This document shows, piece by piece, positions 19,436 through 29,089 of a DNA stretch of 64,000 nucleotides (the stretch's first letter is position 1; every line of letters begins with the position of its first letter). Below the pieces are notes generated by a model. The model saw nothing but the letters and a program-made list of their open reading frames with translations. It made no database searches and had not been told where the DNA came from. The stretch comes from Candidatus Entotheonellaceae bacterium. GTDB taxonomy: Bacteria > Tectomicrobia > Entotheonellia > Entotheonellales > Entotheonellaceae. The stretch covers positions 1,568,001-1,632,000 of the forward strand of contig OZ250173.1 in NCBI GenBank assembly GCA_965238075.1, written 5' to 3'. The translations under genes and the position numbers were made by a program.

Positions 19436-20236
19436 ATGCGCAGCTTCGACGCTCTGGGTTGCAAGAAAGTCGTCATCGGTCTCGTCCACCTGCTGCCGCT
19501 GCCTGGCACGCCGTTTTACGAACCGGGCAGCACCGAGCGGGCGCTGGACAAGGCCGTGCGCGACGCCGACGCCCTGTCGCACGGCGGCGCCGACGGCTGC
19601 CTCATCCAGACGGTAGACCGCGTGTACCCCACCGGTGACGAGGCTGATTACGCCCGCGTCGCAGCCATGGCGGCCATTACCCGGGCGGTTGCCGAGGCCA
19701 CGCCGCCGGACTTCCAGATCGGCGTGCAGATCATGGTCAATGCGCTCAAAGCCTCCGCCGCGGTCGCCACCGTGTGCGGCGGCTCGTTCCTGCGCTGCAC
19801 GGCGCTCGTCGGCGCCACCGTGACGCCCTCGGGCATTGTCGAGGCCAACCCGCTCGATTTTCTCACCTACCGCGCCCGCATCGGCGGCGACCGGCTGAAG
19901 CTGATCGCCGAGGTGGACAGCATGCACTTCCACTGGATGGGCGACAAGCCCACCGCCGACGTGGCCCGCGCCGCAGCCCGCATGGGCGCCAACGCGGTCG
20001 AGGTGGCGCACCCCGACGAGGCTATCAGCAACCGCCTGGTGCGCGACATCAAGCGCGCTCACCCCCACCTGCCCGTCATTCTCGGCGGCCACACCAACCA
20101 CGAAAACGCCGCCCGCCGCCTCGCCGAGGCCGACGGCGCCTTCGTTGGCTCCTGCCTCAAATCCGGCGCCTGGGACAGCGATATCGATGTCGAACGCGTG
20201 CGGGAGTATGTGGAGATCGTTGCCGGTCTGTCTTAA
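19436..20236 (+). CDS. BtpA/SgcQ family TIM-barrel protein
   Basis: VIGLVHLLPLPGTPFY, A.RDA.AL..GGADG, ADGAFVGS. Confidence 0.85.
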   Translation: MRSFDALGCKKVVIGLVHLLPLPGTPFYEPGSTERALDKAVRDADALSHGGADGCLIQTVDRVYPTGDEADYARVAAMAAITRAVAEATPPDFQIGVQIMVNALKASAAVATVCGGSFLRCTALVGATVTPSGIVEANPLDFLTYRARIGGDRLKLIAEVDSMHFHWMGDKPTADVARAAARMGANAVEVAHPDEAISNRLVRDIKRAHPHLPVILGGHTNHENAARRLAEADGAFVGSCLKSGAWDSDIDVERVREYVEIVAGLS

Positions 20237-20258
20237 TGGCGACAACTGCGGCGGCGAT

Positions 20259-22175
20259 TCACCAGTTTACATTCAGCCCAAGTGACGCGCGGGTTGCCCG
20301 TTCGTTACTGAATTCGGCGTGCAGGGCGAAGCGCTTGGTCAGCGAAACCTCCAATTTTCCTCCCCACACGGCCCGGAAATCACCGCGGTAGCCGACTGAC
20401 TCGGTGCCCACGTAGGCCCAAGTACGAAGACCTGCCAAATGCGCGCTCAGACCCAGATGGGGGCGTAATCGCGCATGGGGAGACAGCGTGTGAACCGCCA
20501 GGTCGGCCATGGCGTATCCGATAAACCTGGACTGCAACGATGTGGCATACCCGATGCCAAAGCTTGCTGCGCTATCGTAGACAAGCTTTCTTCTGTTTTC
20601 GACGCGAACGGCACCGACGCGCAACTGCCAGGACAACGGATTTTCCCCGACGAGCGGTACGGGCAGTGTGTTAAGGCTGGATACGCGAATGAGGTCGAGT
20701 TGATCGAGAAAAATCTCGCGCCCACCTTCGAAAAGCCCCACTGCAACGTCCAAGAGCACCAGTTCGCCGCCTTCCATGCTGTTGCGGCCAACCCGTTCCA
20801 ATTTGAAAGGCGACCATGTCAGTCGCAGAAAGGGGTTCTCATGTGCGGTGTCGCTGGCCACACTGACCCCAAACGCCATCGGGTGTGATGCGTCGGCAGG
20901 AGAGGGCAGGACCGGTATGTCGGGGGTGAGCCTTGGCTGCGCCGGCAGTTGCAAACGGGCCAGCAACGTCTTTCTCTTGAGGTGTTGGAGTGCCGAGTCG
21001 TCAGTTGGCTTGCGGGACATGAACCGGTATTTGTGGTAGGCAAGCAGACTGTCCAAGACGACGATCTTGCGCTCGTTACTGAGCCCCTTCAAGCGGGTGT
21101 CAAGAGAAGACGGCCCGTCTCGAAGAATGACATTCATAGCCCTGATTTCCTGCTTTGTCAGCAGTTGCATCCGGTGCGCAAGCGTACGCTTGCTGGAAGG
21201 AATAAACCGGACGGCCTCCACGAGATTGCCGTTCCCTGAGTGTTGCCTCGCCGAGTCGATTGCGTTCAGCCTGTGGAACAACTGAACGGGTAGGTACCAC
21301 AACCGCGCTCGTTCAATGATCAGGTCATCTATGACGAGGTCCACCAATTCCGCCAAGCGGAGCGCGCAGTTCCGGGTAAGGAAATAGTAGACGAATTTCC
21401 TGCCGATGATTTCCCAGATATGCAGAATCAGCAAAGTGCGCTGATGGTTCGACAGGTCGAGCCTATAGTCCCATATGTCGCGAAACTCCGTGTGAGAATA
21501 GACGAGGTCCTGGGTGTAGAAATAACGGTCGGAGAAGCCGGCCTCATAGCCGCCGAGAAGTCCCCGTACAACATAGCGGAGCGCGCTTTCGTTCTCGGGA
21601 ATCAAGGCGCCGTAATTGAGGGTGAGATCGAACAGGCCGTAATCGTCGTCAGATGAATCGGTATTGAGCTTGAGAAGCGCGTGTCCGAAGGTGGAGGCGG
21701 GGTTGCCCAGGTAGCCGCTGACCAGAAGCAGGCTGACGGACTTAACGCGGTCAAGAAGCGCCCAGTTTGACAGGCGCCGGCAGCGGGGCTCCATCAAAAC
21801 GTAGCCAGGCAGCGGAAGTTGACGGGAAGGCCAGTAGTACCGAGCTGGAAATCGGCAGCGGGGGTGTTCGTCAGTGTCTTGCTGCCAAGGCAGGAAGTAA
21901 GCCTCAAGCGTGGCGTGCAATTCGGCTTGTGGATTGCTTCTGCCTTCAGGCGAAAGGAAGAAGTCGTCAGTTAAAACAACGCTTTGGGGCAGGCGCCCCT
22001 CATAATGCAACAGCTTGAGCCAAGTGGGGTGGCGGGCCAAATCAAGACTGGCGGCAACCTGGAGTGCCTCCGCCAGCGGGGAGGCATGTGCAGGGAATGC
22101 GCACGGGAAGAGCACAAAACAAAACAGCAGCGAGCCTGCTGCATAACGCCGCAAGCCCACTGCTGATGGAGACAC
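20259..22175 (-). CDS. DUF4105 (Lnb N-terminal-like) domain protein with probable C-terminal beta-barrel
   Basis: Signal peptide, WLKLLHY, CRFPARY, NPASTFGHALL, E.RDIWDY.L, YYFLTRNCA; amphipathic beta C-terminus ending in W. Confidence 0.8.
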   Translation of the reverse strand: MSPSAVGLRRYAAGSLLFCFVLFPCAFPAHASPLAEALQVAASLDLARHPTWLKLLHYEGRLPQSVVLTDDFFLSPEGRSNPQAELHATLEAYFLPWQQDTDEHPRCRFPARYYWPSRQLPLPGYVLMEPRCRRLSNWALLDRVKSVSLLLVSGYLGNPASTFGHALLKLNTDSSDDDYGLFDLTLNYGALIPENESALRYVVRGLLGGYEAGFSDRYFYTQDLVYSHTEFRDIWDYRLDLSNHQRTLLILHIWEIIGRKFVYYFLTRNCALRLAELVDLVIDDLIIERARLWYLPVQLFHRLNAIDSARQHSGNGNLVEAVRFIPSSKRTLAHRMQLLTKQEIRAMNVILRDGPSSLDTRLKGLSNERKIVVLDSLLAYHKYRFMSRKPTDDSALQHLKRKTLLARLQLPAQPRLTPDIPVLPSPADASHPMAFGVSVASDTAHENPFLRLTWSPFKLERVGRNSMEGGELVLLDVAVGLFEGGREIFLDQLDLIRVSSLNTLPVPLVGENPLSWQLRVGAVRVENRRKLVYDSAASFGIGYATSLQSRFIGYAMADLAVHTLSPHARLRPHLGLSAHLAGLRTWAYVGTESVGYRGDFRAVWGGKLEVSLTKRFALHAEFSNERATRASLGLNVNW

Positions 22176-22188
22176 CGAAAAAGAGGGG

Positions 22189-22698
22189 TTAGCCGTTATT
22201 TATGGGTGTCGTCGATTCTGTGAGACCCCCGGACTGCTGGTTGACCAGATTGTACAGAGCCTCCGCTTTGGCGAAACGGTTTTGTTCGTGGTAGTCGGGT
22301 GCCGCCACGAGCTTGGCAAAACCGGCGCGGACCACTGTAATAAAACGCTGCTGCGCTTGTCCTTCATGTCCCGCCAGAGCCGCCAGTGCATCCAGGTAGG
22401 TGCCGTGGCCACTGGCGAGGTCCAATTCCAGTGCGTCGTACGAGTCGTGAATGAAGGCCGCCTTCTCGGCTTGCCCACCGGAGCACGAATCTGGCGAGGA
22501 GATGTTCGAAGAGATAGCCGTCGTGCCGAAGTCCCAGGTGACGTTCGTTACCGCTGCAACAGCATCGCTGCGTGGCGCGATCATGCCGCCGATACCGCAG
22601 TCGGTGTATATTTCTGCAAATTCCCGGGCCATGCCGATTTGCGGCAGCGCCAACGTCACTACCAGAATCGGAAGGAATATCTTGAGCATCCTGATCAT
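22189..22698 (-). CDS. DUF3015 family secreted protein
   Basis: AGGAGG RBS, signal peptide, DCGIGGMI...NVTWD.GTTA.SS...SC, L..DLA.G.G.YLDAL. Confidence 0.8.
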   Translation of the reverse strand: MIRMLKIFLPILVVTLALPQIGMAREFAEIYTDCGIGGMIAPRSDAVAAVTNVTWDFGTTAISSNISSPDSCSGGQAEKAAFIHDSYDALELDLASGHGTYLDALAALAGHEGQAQQRFITVVRAGFAKLVAAPDYHEQNRFAKAEALYNLVNQQSGGLTESTTPINNG

Positions 22699-22811
22699 CA
22701 AGCGCCTCCTCTGTACCCTATGATTGTCGGCGGATAGCAATAGCGGATAGCAATATCCGAGTAAAGAGCAGCGATTCTAAGTCACAGTTTGCAGACGCGT
22801 CAAGATTGGGT

Positions 22812-22888
22812 TGCAGGCCACAACGAACTTGGATAAGGAGACTTGGATATTGGGTGCTGCAGGCCACAACGAACTTGGATAAGGAGAC
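22812..22888 (+). repeat. Perfect 31-bp direct repeat containing an RBS (46-bp period)
   Basis: tgcaggccacaacgaacttggataaggagac at 22812-22842 and 22858-22888. Confidence 0.9.
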
Positions 22889-22892
22889 CCCC

Positions 22893-23309
22893 ATGTTCAT
22901 CACCCTCCTCATCGTCACCTTGCTCATCGCGCTGGCGACCAGTCTGCTGGTGCTCCGGCTGTTCGACAGGCTGATCCGCAAGATCCTGGACCGCGTGGTG
23001 TCGGCGGAGTTGAGCGAGGCGTGGAACCGGTATCTGAGCTTTGCGGTGGTGGTGGTCGGGGTGTCCGGTGGCGTGCGCATCTGGAGCCTAGAGAAATACA
23101 TCACGGCGCGCGCGGACGACGGCGAACCCATCGTGCTGAACGCCGACCGCTGGATACTCGAGGTGTATCGCACGCTCATCGGCACGCTGCAGAGCGTCGC
23201 CTGGATTTTGCTGGTGTTCTTCGTCTTTGCCCTCATCGCCTACGTCATCATGCGGGGCTTTGAACTGCGGCGCCAGGGCAGGCCGCCGGAGGGCGAACAG
23301 GCGAATTGA
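22893..23309 (+). CDS. Small membrane protein (3 TM), hypothetical
   Basis: AAGGAG RBS, three hydrophobic segments, GC3-rich codons. Confidence 0.75.
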   Translation: MFITLLIVTLLIALATSLLVLRLFDRLIRKILDRVVSAELSEAWNRYLSFAVVVVGVSGGVRIWSLEKYITARADDGEPIVLNADRWILEVYRTLIGTLQSVAWILLVFFVFALIAYVIMRGFELRRQGRPPEGEQAN

Positions 23310-23397
23310 CAGGGGGAAAGGGAACACTATACTAGCCGCAACGCCACTCCGAGGTCGTTACCGGACCCACCCTTTACCCATTGAGCGGAGGCTATCC

Positions 23398-25728
23398 ATG
23401 CTCGAGTACGAACCCAACATCGTCTTGTCCAATGCGGAGTACAACGAGGTGGGCAAGCGGCCCATCCGCCACGACGGGGCAGAGAAGGTCACCGGCCAGG
23501 CGTGCTACGGCGCCGACATCCGGTTGCCGGGCATGTTGTGCGGCAAGGTGTTGCGCAGCCCGCACGGCCACGCGCGCATCAAGTCGATCGACACCCGGCA
23601 CGCCGAGGAATTGCCGGGCGTGCACGCGGTGGTAACGGCCGGGGACTTGGCGCAACCCTCCAGCCGCGTGGTTGACCTTGCCGAGGGCGTGCTGCACAAC
23701 ATGCGGTTTCTGAGCAACAACATCCTGGCCGCCGACAAGGCGTTGTACAAAGGGCACGCCATCGCCGCCGTCGCCGCCACCAGCCCACACATCGCCGATC
23801 AGGCGCTGGACCTCATTCAAGTCGAATACGAAGAACTGCCCGCGGTGCTCAGCGCCGCGGAGGCGTTGAAGCCCGGCGCACCGCTGCTGCACGAGCGCCT
23901 CGCCACCATGTCCAATGCGAATCTGCGCCCTGGCGGCACCCTGGACGACGACGATCCCACCGACGGCTCGAACCTGGCCAATCAATTCGAGTTTCGCCTC
24001 GGCGATGTGGAGCAGGGCTTCCGCGAGGCCGCTGTCATCATCGAGCACGAAACGGCAACCGCAGCCATCCACCAGGGCTACATCGAGCCGCACGCCGCCA
24101 CCGCGCGGTGGAACAGCGACGGCACCTTGACGCTGTGGTCCAGCAGTCAGGGGCACTTCAACGTGCGCGATCAGACGGCACGCCTGATGGACGTGCCGGT
24201 GTCGAAAGTCAAGGCCATCCCGATGGAGATCGGCGGTGGTTTCGGCGCCAAGACGCTGGTGTATCTGGAGCCGGTGGCCGCGGCGCTGGCCCGCAAGGCG
24301 GGTCATCCGGTGAAGGTGATGATGTCGCGCACCGAGGTTTTCGAGGGCACCGGTCCCACCTCCGGCACGCAGATTCAGGTGAAATTGGGCGCCACCAAGG
24401 ACGGCCGTCTGGTCGCCGCCGAGGCGCACCTGACCTACGAAGCCGGCGCCTTTCCGGGATCGCCGGTATCGCCCGCCTGCCAGTGCATGATGTCCCCGTA
24501 CGACATCCCGAACGCCTGGATCGAGGGGTTTGACGTGGTGGTCAATAAGCCCAAGTCGGCGGCTTACCGGGCGCCCGGCGTGCCGGCCGCGGCGTTTGCC
24601 ATGGAAACCGCGATTGACCTGCTGTGCGAAAAACTGGGCGTGGACCCGCTGGAGTTTCGCCTGCGCAACAGCGCCAAGGAGGGCACGCGGGCGCCGACCG
24701 GGCCGGTGTGGCCGCGCGTCGGGTTTGCCGAGACCGTGCAGGCAGCCAAGGATCACCCGCACTACGCCACGCCGCTCGAAGGCCCTTATCGCGGCCGGGG
24801 CGTGGCCAGCGGCTTCTGGCGCAACAACACCGGGCCAGCCAGCGCGACCGCGATCATTCACAACGACGGCACCGTGAAGCTGATCGAGGGCTCGCCCGAC
24901 ATCGGCGGCACGCGCACCTCGGTGTCGCAGCAATTTGCCGAGGTACTGGGCATTCCGGTCACGGACGTCAGCCCCGCCGTCGGCGATACGGATTCGGTCG
25001 GCTTCACCTCCGTTACCGGCGGCAGTGGCGTGACCTTCAAGACGGGTTGGGCGGCCTACGAGGTGGCCCAAGAGATCAAGCGCAAGCTGATCGAGCGCGC
25101 CGCCCGCATCTGGGACTGTGAAGTGGGCGAGGTGGAATACGACAACGGTGTCCTGCAGCACGCCAAGGACCCCGAGCAGCGCCTCACCTTCAAGCAACTG
25201 GCGGCGCGCCAGAACCCCACCGGCGGGCCGATCACGGCCAGCGCGGGCGTCAACCCCGGCGGCGCCGGCCCGTCCTTGGGCACCCACATCGTGGACGTCG
25301 AGGTGGACCCGGAAACCGGCAAGGTGACCATCCTGCGCTACACGGCCGTCCAGGACGCCGGCAAGGCGATTCACCCCAGCTACGTGGAGGGGCAGATTCA
25401 GGGCGGCGCGGTGCAAGGCATCGGCTGGGCGCTAAACGAGGAATACTTTTTCAATGACAAAGGGCACATGCTGAACTCCAGCTTCTTGGATTACCGCATG
25501 CCGACCAGCCTCGACCTGCCGATGATCGACACGGTGATCGTCGAGGTTGCCAATCCGACCCATCCGTACGGCGTGCGCGGCGTTGGCGAGACGCCGATTA
25601 TCCCGCCGCTGGCGGCGGTCGCCAACGCCATTTCCCACGCCATCGGCGTGCGCGTCAATCAACTCCCCATGTCGCCGGGCCGCATTCTGGGGGCGCTGTG
25701 GGATGAACAATCCCGGAACGGAGGGTAG
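23398..25728 (+). CDS. Xanthine dehydrogenase family molybdopterin-binding subunit
   Basis: KVTG.A.Y, LRSPHGHARI, GYIEPH, IGGGFGAK, AYRAPG, EGQIQGGAVQGIG, RGVGE. Confidence 0.93.
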   Translation: MLEYEPNIVLSNAEYNEVGKRPIRHDGAEKVTGQACYGADIRLPGMLCGKVLRSPHGHARIKSIDTRHAEELPGVHAVVTAGDLAQPSSRVVDLAEGVLHNMRFLSNNILAADKALYKGHAIAAVAATSPHIADQALDLIQVEYEELPAVLSAAEALKPGAPLLHERLATMSNANLRPGGTLDDDDPTDGSNLANQFEFRLGDVEQGFREAAVIIEHETATAAIHQGYIEPHAATARWNSDGTLTLWSSSQGHFNVRDQTARLMDVPVSKVKAIPMEIGGGFGAKTLVYLEPVAAALARKAGHPVKVMMSRTEVFEGTGPTSGTQIQVKLGATKDGRLVAAEAHLTYEAGAFPGSPVSPACQCMMSPYDIPNAWIEGFDVVVNKPKSAAYRAPGVPAAAFAMETAIDLLCEKLGVDPLEFRLRNSAKEGTRAPTGPVWPRVGFAETVQAAKDHPHYATPLEGPYRGRGVASGFWRNNTGPASATAIIHNDGTVKLIEGSPDIGGTRTSVSQQFAEVLGIPVTDVSPAVGDTDSVGFTSVTGGSGVTFKTGWAAYEVAQEIKRKLIERAARIWDCEVGEVEYDNGVLQHAKDPEQRLTFKQLAARQNPTGGPITASAGVNPGGAGPSLGTHIVDVEVDPETGKVTILRYTAVQDAGKAIHPSYVEGQIQGGAVQGIGWALNEEYFFNDKGHMLNSSFLDYRMPTSLDLPMIDTVIVEVANPTHPYGVRGVGETPIIPPLAAVANAISHAIGVRVNQLPMSPGRILGALWDEQSRNGG

Positions 25729-25734
25729 GACGGC

Positions 25735-26007
25735 GTGCCGGAAGTGTGGCTTCCTCCCAGAATGCAGCGTCTGACCGGCGGGGCGCAGCGGGTGACGGCG
25801 TCGGGCCGCAACGTGCGGCAATTGGTGGAGAGCCTGGAGCGCGCCTATCCGGGGCTCAAGGCCGAGCTGTACGACGACGAGGAAGACATTCTGATGCCCG
25901 GCATTGCCGTCATCGTCGATGGCGAAACCAGCCAGCTTGGCTTGCTGGAGCGCGTCGGCGAAAACAGTGAGGTGCACTTTCTGCCGGCTTTGGGCGGCGG
26001 CGTGTAG
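25735..26007 (+). CDS. MoaD/ThiS family sulfur carrier
   Basis: 90-aa ubiquitin-like size, EVHFLPALGGGV C-terminus. Confidence 0.85.
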   Translation: MPEVWLPPRMQRLTGGAQRVTASGRNVRQLVESLERAYPGLKAELYDDEEDILMPGIAVIVDGETSQLGLLERVGENSEVHFLPALGGGV

Positions 26008-26043
26008 CCGGTCATTCCAAACTGAGCCACTATGGATAACCCC

Positions 26044-26075
26044 TGCCAGGCGCATCGACGCGCCTGGCATTTTTT
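26044..26075 (+). terminator. Intrinsic terminator
   Basis: 10-bp perfect stem tgccaggcgc/gcgcctggca followed by T6. Confidence 0.75.
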
Positions 26076-26089
26076 ATTGGAGTCAAACG

Positions 26090-27799
26090 ATGGCGATTCG
26101 TGAAAAACCGTACCGCAGCCGCGCCTGGTTCGACACCCCGGAACTGTACGGCTGGCTGCGGCAGGCGGCGTTTCGCGCCCAGGGGTTCGGGGAGCCGGCG
26201 TACGAGGGGCGCCCCGTTATCGGCATTTGTAATTCGTGGAGCGAGCTGACGCACTGCAACTCCCACCTGCGGCAGTTGGCCGAGGCGGTGAAGCGCGGTG
26301 TCTGGCAGGCGGGGGGCTTTCCGCTGGAGTTTCCGGTGATGTCGCTGGGTGAGTACAACATGCGGCCCACCACCATGCTGTACCGCAACCTGATGAGCAT
26401 GGACGTGGAAGAATCCATCACCGCCAATCCGCTCGACGGCGTGGTGCTGCTGGGCGGCTGCGACAAGACGACGCCGGCGCTGCTGATGGGGGCGGCGAGC
26501 GCCGACGTGCCGGCGATTCTGGTCACCGGCGGGCCGCAGCTCAAGGGTAACTGGCGCGGCGAGGAACTGGGGTCGTGCACCGACTGCCGGCGGTATCACC
26601 AGGAACTGCGCGCCGAACGGATTACCGAAGAAGATTGGGCCGAGCTGCAGAGCTGCATCGTGCGTAGCCCGGGGCACTGCATGGTGATGGGCACAGCCTC
26701 GACCATGGCGGCCGTCAGTGAAGCGCTGGGTATGGCGTTGCCCGGCAATGCGGCCATTCCGGCGGTCGATTCGCGCCGCTTGCAACTGTCCGAGGCGGCC
26801 GGGCGGCAGATCATACGGCTGGTGGAACAGGGGCTGCGGCCCTCCGACATACTGACGCCGACGGCCTTCGACAACGCCATCCGCACCCTGCACGCCGTCG
26901 GCGGCTCGACGAACGCCATCGTACACCTGGTGGCCATCGCCGGCCGCGTCGGCATCGACCTGCCGTTGAGCCGCTTCGACGACCTGTCGCGCACGACGCC
27001 GTTCATCCTCAACCTCAAGCCGTCCGGCGAGTTTCTGATGGAGGATTTCTACTACGCCGGCGGCGTTCCCGCCTTGCTCAACGCCCTGGCGCCGTTGCTC
27101 AATCTGGAGGCGCAAACCGTGACCGGCGACAGCCTGGGCGCCAGCATTGCCGGGGCGCAATCGCACAACCCGGCGCTGATCCGAAGCCTGGAGGAACCAT
27201 TGGACGCCGAAGGCGGCTTGGCGGTGCTGCACGGCTCGCTGGCGCCCGACGGTGCCATCATCAAACCCACGGCGGCTTCGCCTGAACTGCTGCGCCATCG
27301 CGGCCGGGCGGTGGTGTTCGAGGATCACGACGACATGGACCGGCGCATCGACGACCCCGACCTGGACGTGCGCCCGGACGACGTGCTGGTGATGCGCAAC
27401 GCCGGGCCGCTGGGCGGCCCGGGCATGCCGGAGTGGGGATTTCTGCCGCTGCCGAAAAAGCTGTTGCGGCAGGGCGTGCGAGACATGGTGCGCATCAGCG
27501 ACGCGCGCATGAGCGGCACCGCCTTCGGCACCGTGGTGGTGCACGCGACGCCGGAATCGGCGGCGGGCGGGCCGCTGGCCGCGGTGCGCAGCGGCGACGT
27601 GATCGAGCTCAACGTGCCCGAACGCCGCCTGGACTTGCTGGTCGAGCCGGCCGAGATGGCCCGCCGCCTGGCGGCGGCTCCACGGCTGCCGGCGCCGTAT
27701 CGGCGCGGCTACGGCTGGCTGTTTACCCAGCACATCTTGCAGGCGGACAAGGGCTGCGATTTCGACTTTCTGCGTGCCGAGGCGCTGCACGCGGCGTGA
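26090..27799 (+). CDS. IlvD/Edd family sugar-acid dehydratase (L-arabinonate dehydratase-like)
   Basis: SELTHCNSHL, RPTTMLYRNL, GCDKTTPA, GHCMVMGTASTM, GGSTNA, SDARMSGT. Confidence 0.88.
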   Translation: MAIREKPYRSRAWFDTPELYGWLRQAAFRAQGFGEPAYEGRPVIGICNSWSELTHCNSHLRQLAEAVKRGVWQAGGFPLEFPVMSLGEYNMRPTTMLYRNLMSMDVEESITANPLDGVVLLGGCDKTTPALLMGAASADVPAILVTGGPQLKGNWRGEELGSCTDCRRYHQELRAERITEEDWAELQSCIVRSPGHCMVMGTASTMAAVSEALGMALPGNAAIPAVDSRRLQLSEAAGRQIIRLVEQGLRPSDILTPTAFDNAIRTLHAVGGSTNAIVHLVAIAGRVGIDLPLSRFDDLSRTTPFILNLKPSGEFLMEDFYYAGGVPALLNALAPLLNLEAQTVTGDSLGASIAGAQSHNPALIRSLEEPLDAEGGLAVLHGSLAPDGAIIKPTAASPELLRHRGRAVVFEDHDDMDRRIDDPDLDVRPDDVLVMRNAGPLGGPGMPEWGFLPLPKKLLRQGVRDMVRISDARMSGTAFGTVVVHATPESAAGGPLAAVRSGDVIELNVPERRLDLLVEPAEMARRLAAAPRLPAPYRRGYGWLFTQHILQADKGCDFDFLRAEALHAA

Positions 27800-27866
27800 C
27801 GGGCCGGCCGCATGAACCGTTGGTGATTGCTATGACAATAACCCGTTCAATTTCAATGTCCCGAAT

Positions 27867-27960
27867 CGTCATTGCCGCGCACGTGGGAATCCACCTCACA
27901 ACCCCCCAACCCCCCTTCTCAGGGGGGCGTCATTGCCGCGCATGCGGGAATCCAGCGACC
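27867..27960 (+). repeat. CGTC-type REP pair flanking a CCCCCCAACCCCCC hairpin
   Basis: cgtcattgccgcgca(c/t)g(t/c)gggaatcca at 27867 and 27928; shares units with 14435 and 14562. Confidence 0.7.
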
Positions 27961-27997
27961 CCGGCTTGAACACGGGGGCCATGGTGATTCCTGCCTT

Positions 27998-29089
27998 CTA
28001 CAAGGTCTGCAACGGCGGCAGGTCGAGTTCGGCGGTGATGCTGTTGAACCACGCGATGACTTCCTGGTGCAGCGGAATGCCGTGGGCGCGCCGCGTGAGG
28101 GTTTCCTCGTGCTCGGACAGGCCGGGGTAGAGGACGCGCTCGTGGCCCTCGGCGGGTTGGGCGGTGCGCAGCGTTTCGAGCATTTCGTCCATGGTGTCCA
28201 GGTAGCGCTCGAGGTCGGTGAAGGCTTCGATGTTGTATGCCGCGAAGTGGTTCTTGGAGCCGCCGGCAGGGTCGAGCATGCTCGGCAGGGCGCCTGACAG
28301 CAACGTGGCCAGAACCTCCGCCATCAGCGCGAAGCCGTAGCCCTTGTGCGAACCTTGCTCCCGCGTGCCGCCCAACGGCAGTTGCAGAAACTCGCTGCGG
28401 TCGTGCACCAGCGTATCCTCGCTGAGCGGGCGGCCTTCCTTGTCGGCAACCCAGCCGGGCAGCAGCGGCGCGCCGACACGCATGGCGAGGCGGATTTTAT
28501 TGCCGGCGATGGCCGAGGTGGCCACGTCAAAAAGGATGGGCGCCTCGTTGCGGGCCGGGGCGGCGATGGCGATCGGATTGGTGCCGATGAGCGGCCTGGA
28601 AGCAAAGGTCGGCACGACGCTGAGGCCGGCGCCGGTGAAGCAGACGCCCACCATGTTGTGTTCAGCGGCGAGCAGGGCGTGGTGGCCAATGGCGCCGAAG
28701 TGGCCGCTGTTGTGAACGTTCACCACGCCGACGCCGACAGTGCGGGCTTTGTCCATGGCCAGCCGCATGGCTCGAGGCCCGGTGATGAGGCCGAGGCGGC
28801 GTTCGCCGTCGATCACCGCGGTGCCGGGCGTTTCGCGCTCCAGCCGCCAGCCGGGCGCCGGGTTGAGCTTGCCGTCGCGGTAGTCGCGCACGTAGGCGCG
28901 CAGCATGTTGGAGACGCCGTGCGTTTCCACGGCCCGCAGGTCGGTCATCACCAGCACGTCGGTGGCCTCAGCCGCCTCGTCGGGCGTGACGCCCATGCGT
29001 TCAAAAATTGCCTGCGCAGTCTGCCGCAGCGCGGCTTCCGGCACCCGCACGACGTCGGCCTGCGGCACCTTGAATCGGTCGAGAATCAT
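27998..29089 (-). CDS. Ldh_2 (AllD/ComC-type) oxidoreductase
   Basis: DLR.VETHGV, NSGHFGAIG, GTNPIAIAAP, DVATS, GSHKGYG, LYPG. Confidence 0.9.
   Translation of the reverse strand: MILDRFKVPQADVVRVPEAALRQTAQAIFERMGVTPDEAAEATDVLVMTDLRAVETHGVSNMLRAYVRDYRDGKLNPAPGWRLERETPGTAVIDGERRLGLITGPRAMRLAMDKARTVGVGVVNVHNSGHFGAIGHHALLAAEHNMVGVCFTGAGLSVVPTFASRPLIGTNPIAIAAPARNEAPILFDVATSAIAGNKIRLAMRVGAPLLPGWVADKEGRPLSEDTLVHDRSEFLQLPLGGTREQGSHKGYGFALMAEVLATLLSGALPSMLDPAGGSKNHFAAYNIEAFTDLERYLDTMDEMLETLRTAQPAEGHERVLYPGLSEHEETLTRRAHGIPLHQEVIAWFNSITAELDLPPLQTL

Noticed and set aside
22812-22888. Mini-CRISPR
   Set aside because: Only two copies, a 15-nt spacer, contains an RBS, and no cas genes.
23398-25728. Aerobic CO dehydrogenase CoxL
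   Set aside because: Lacks the form I AYxCSFR motif (has AYRAPG); no cox accessory cluster.
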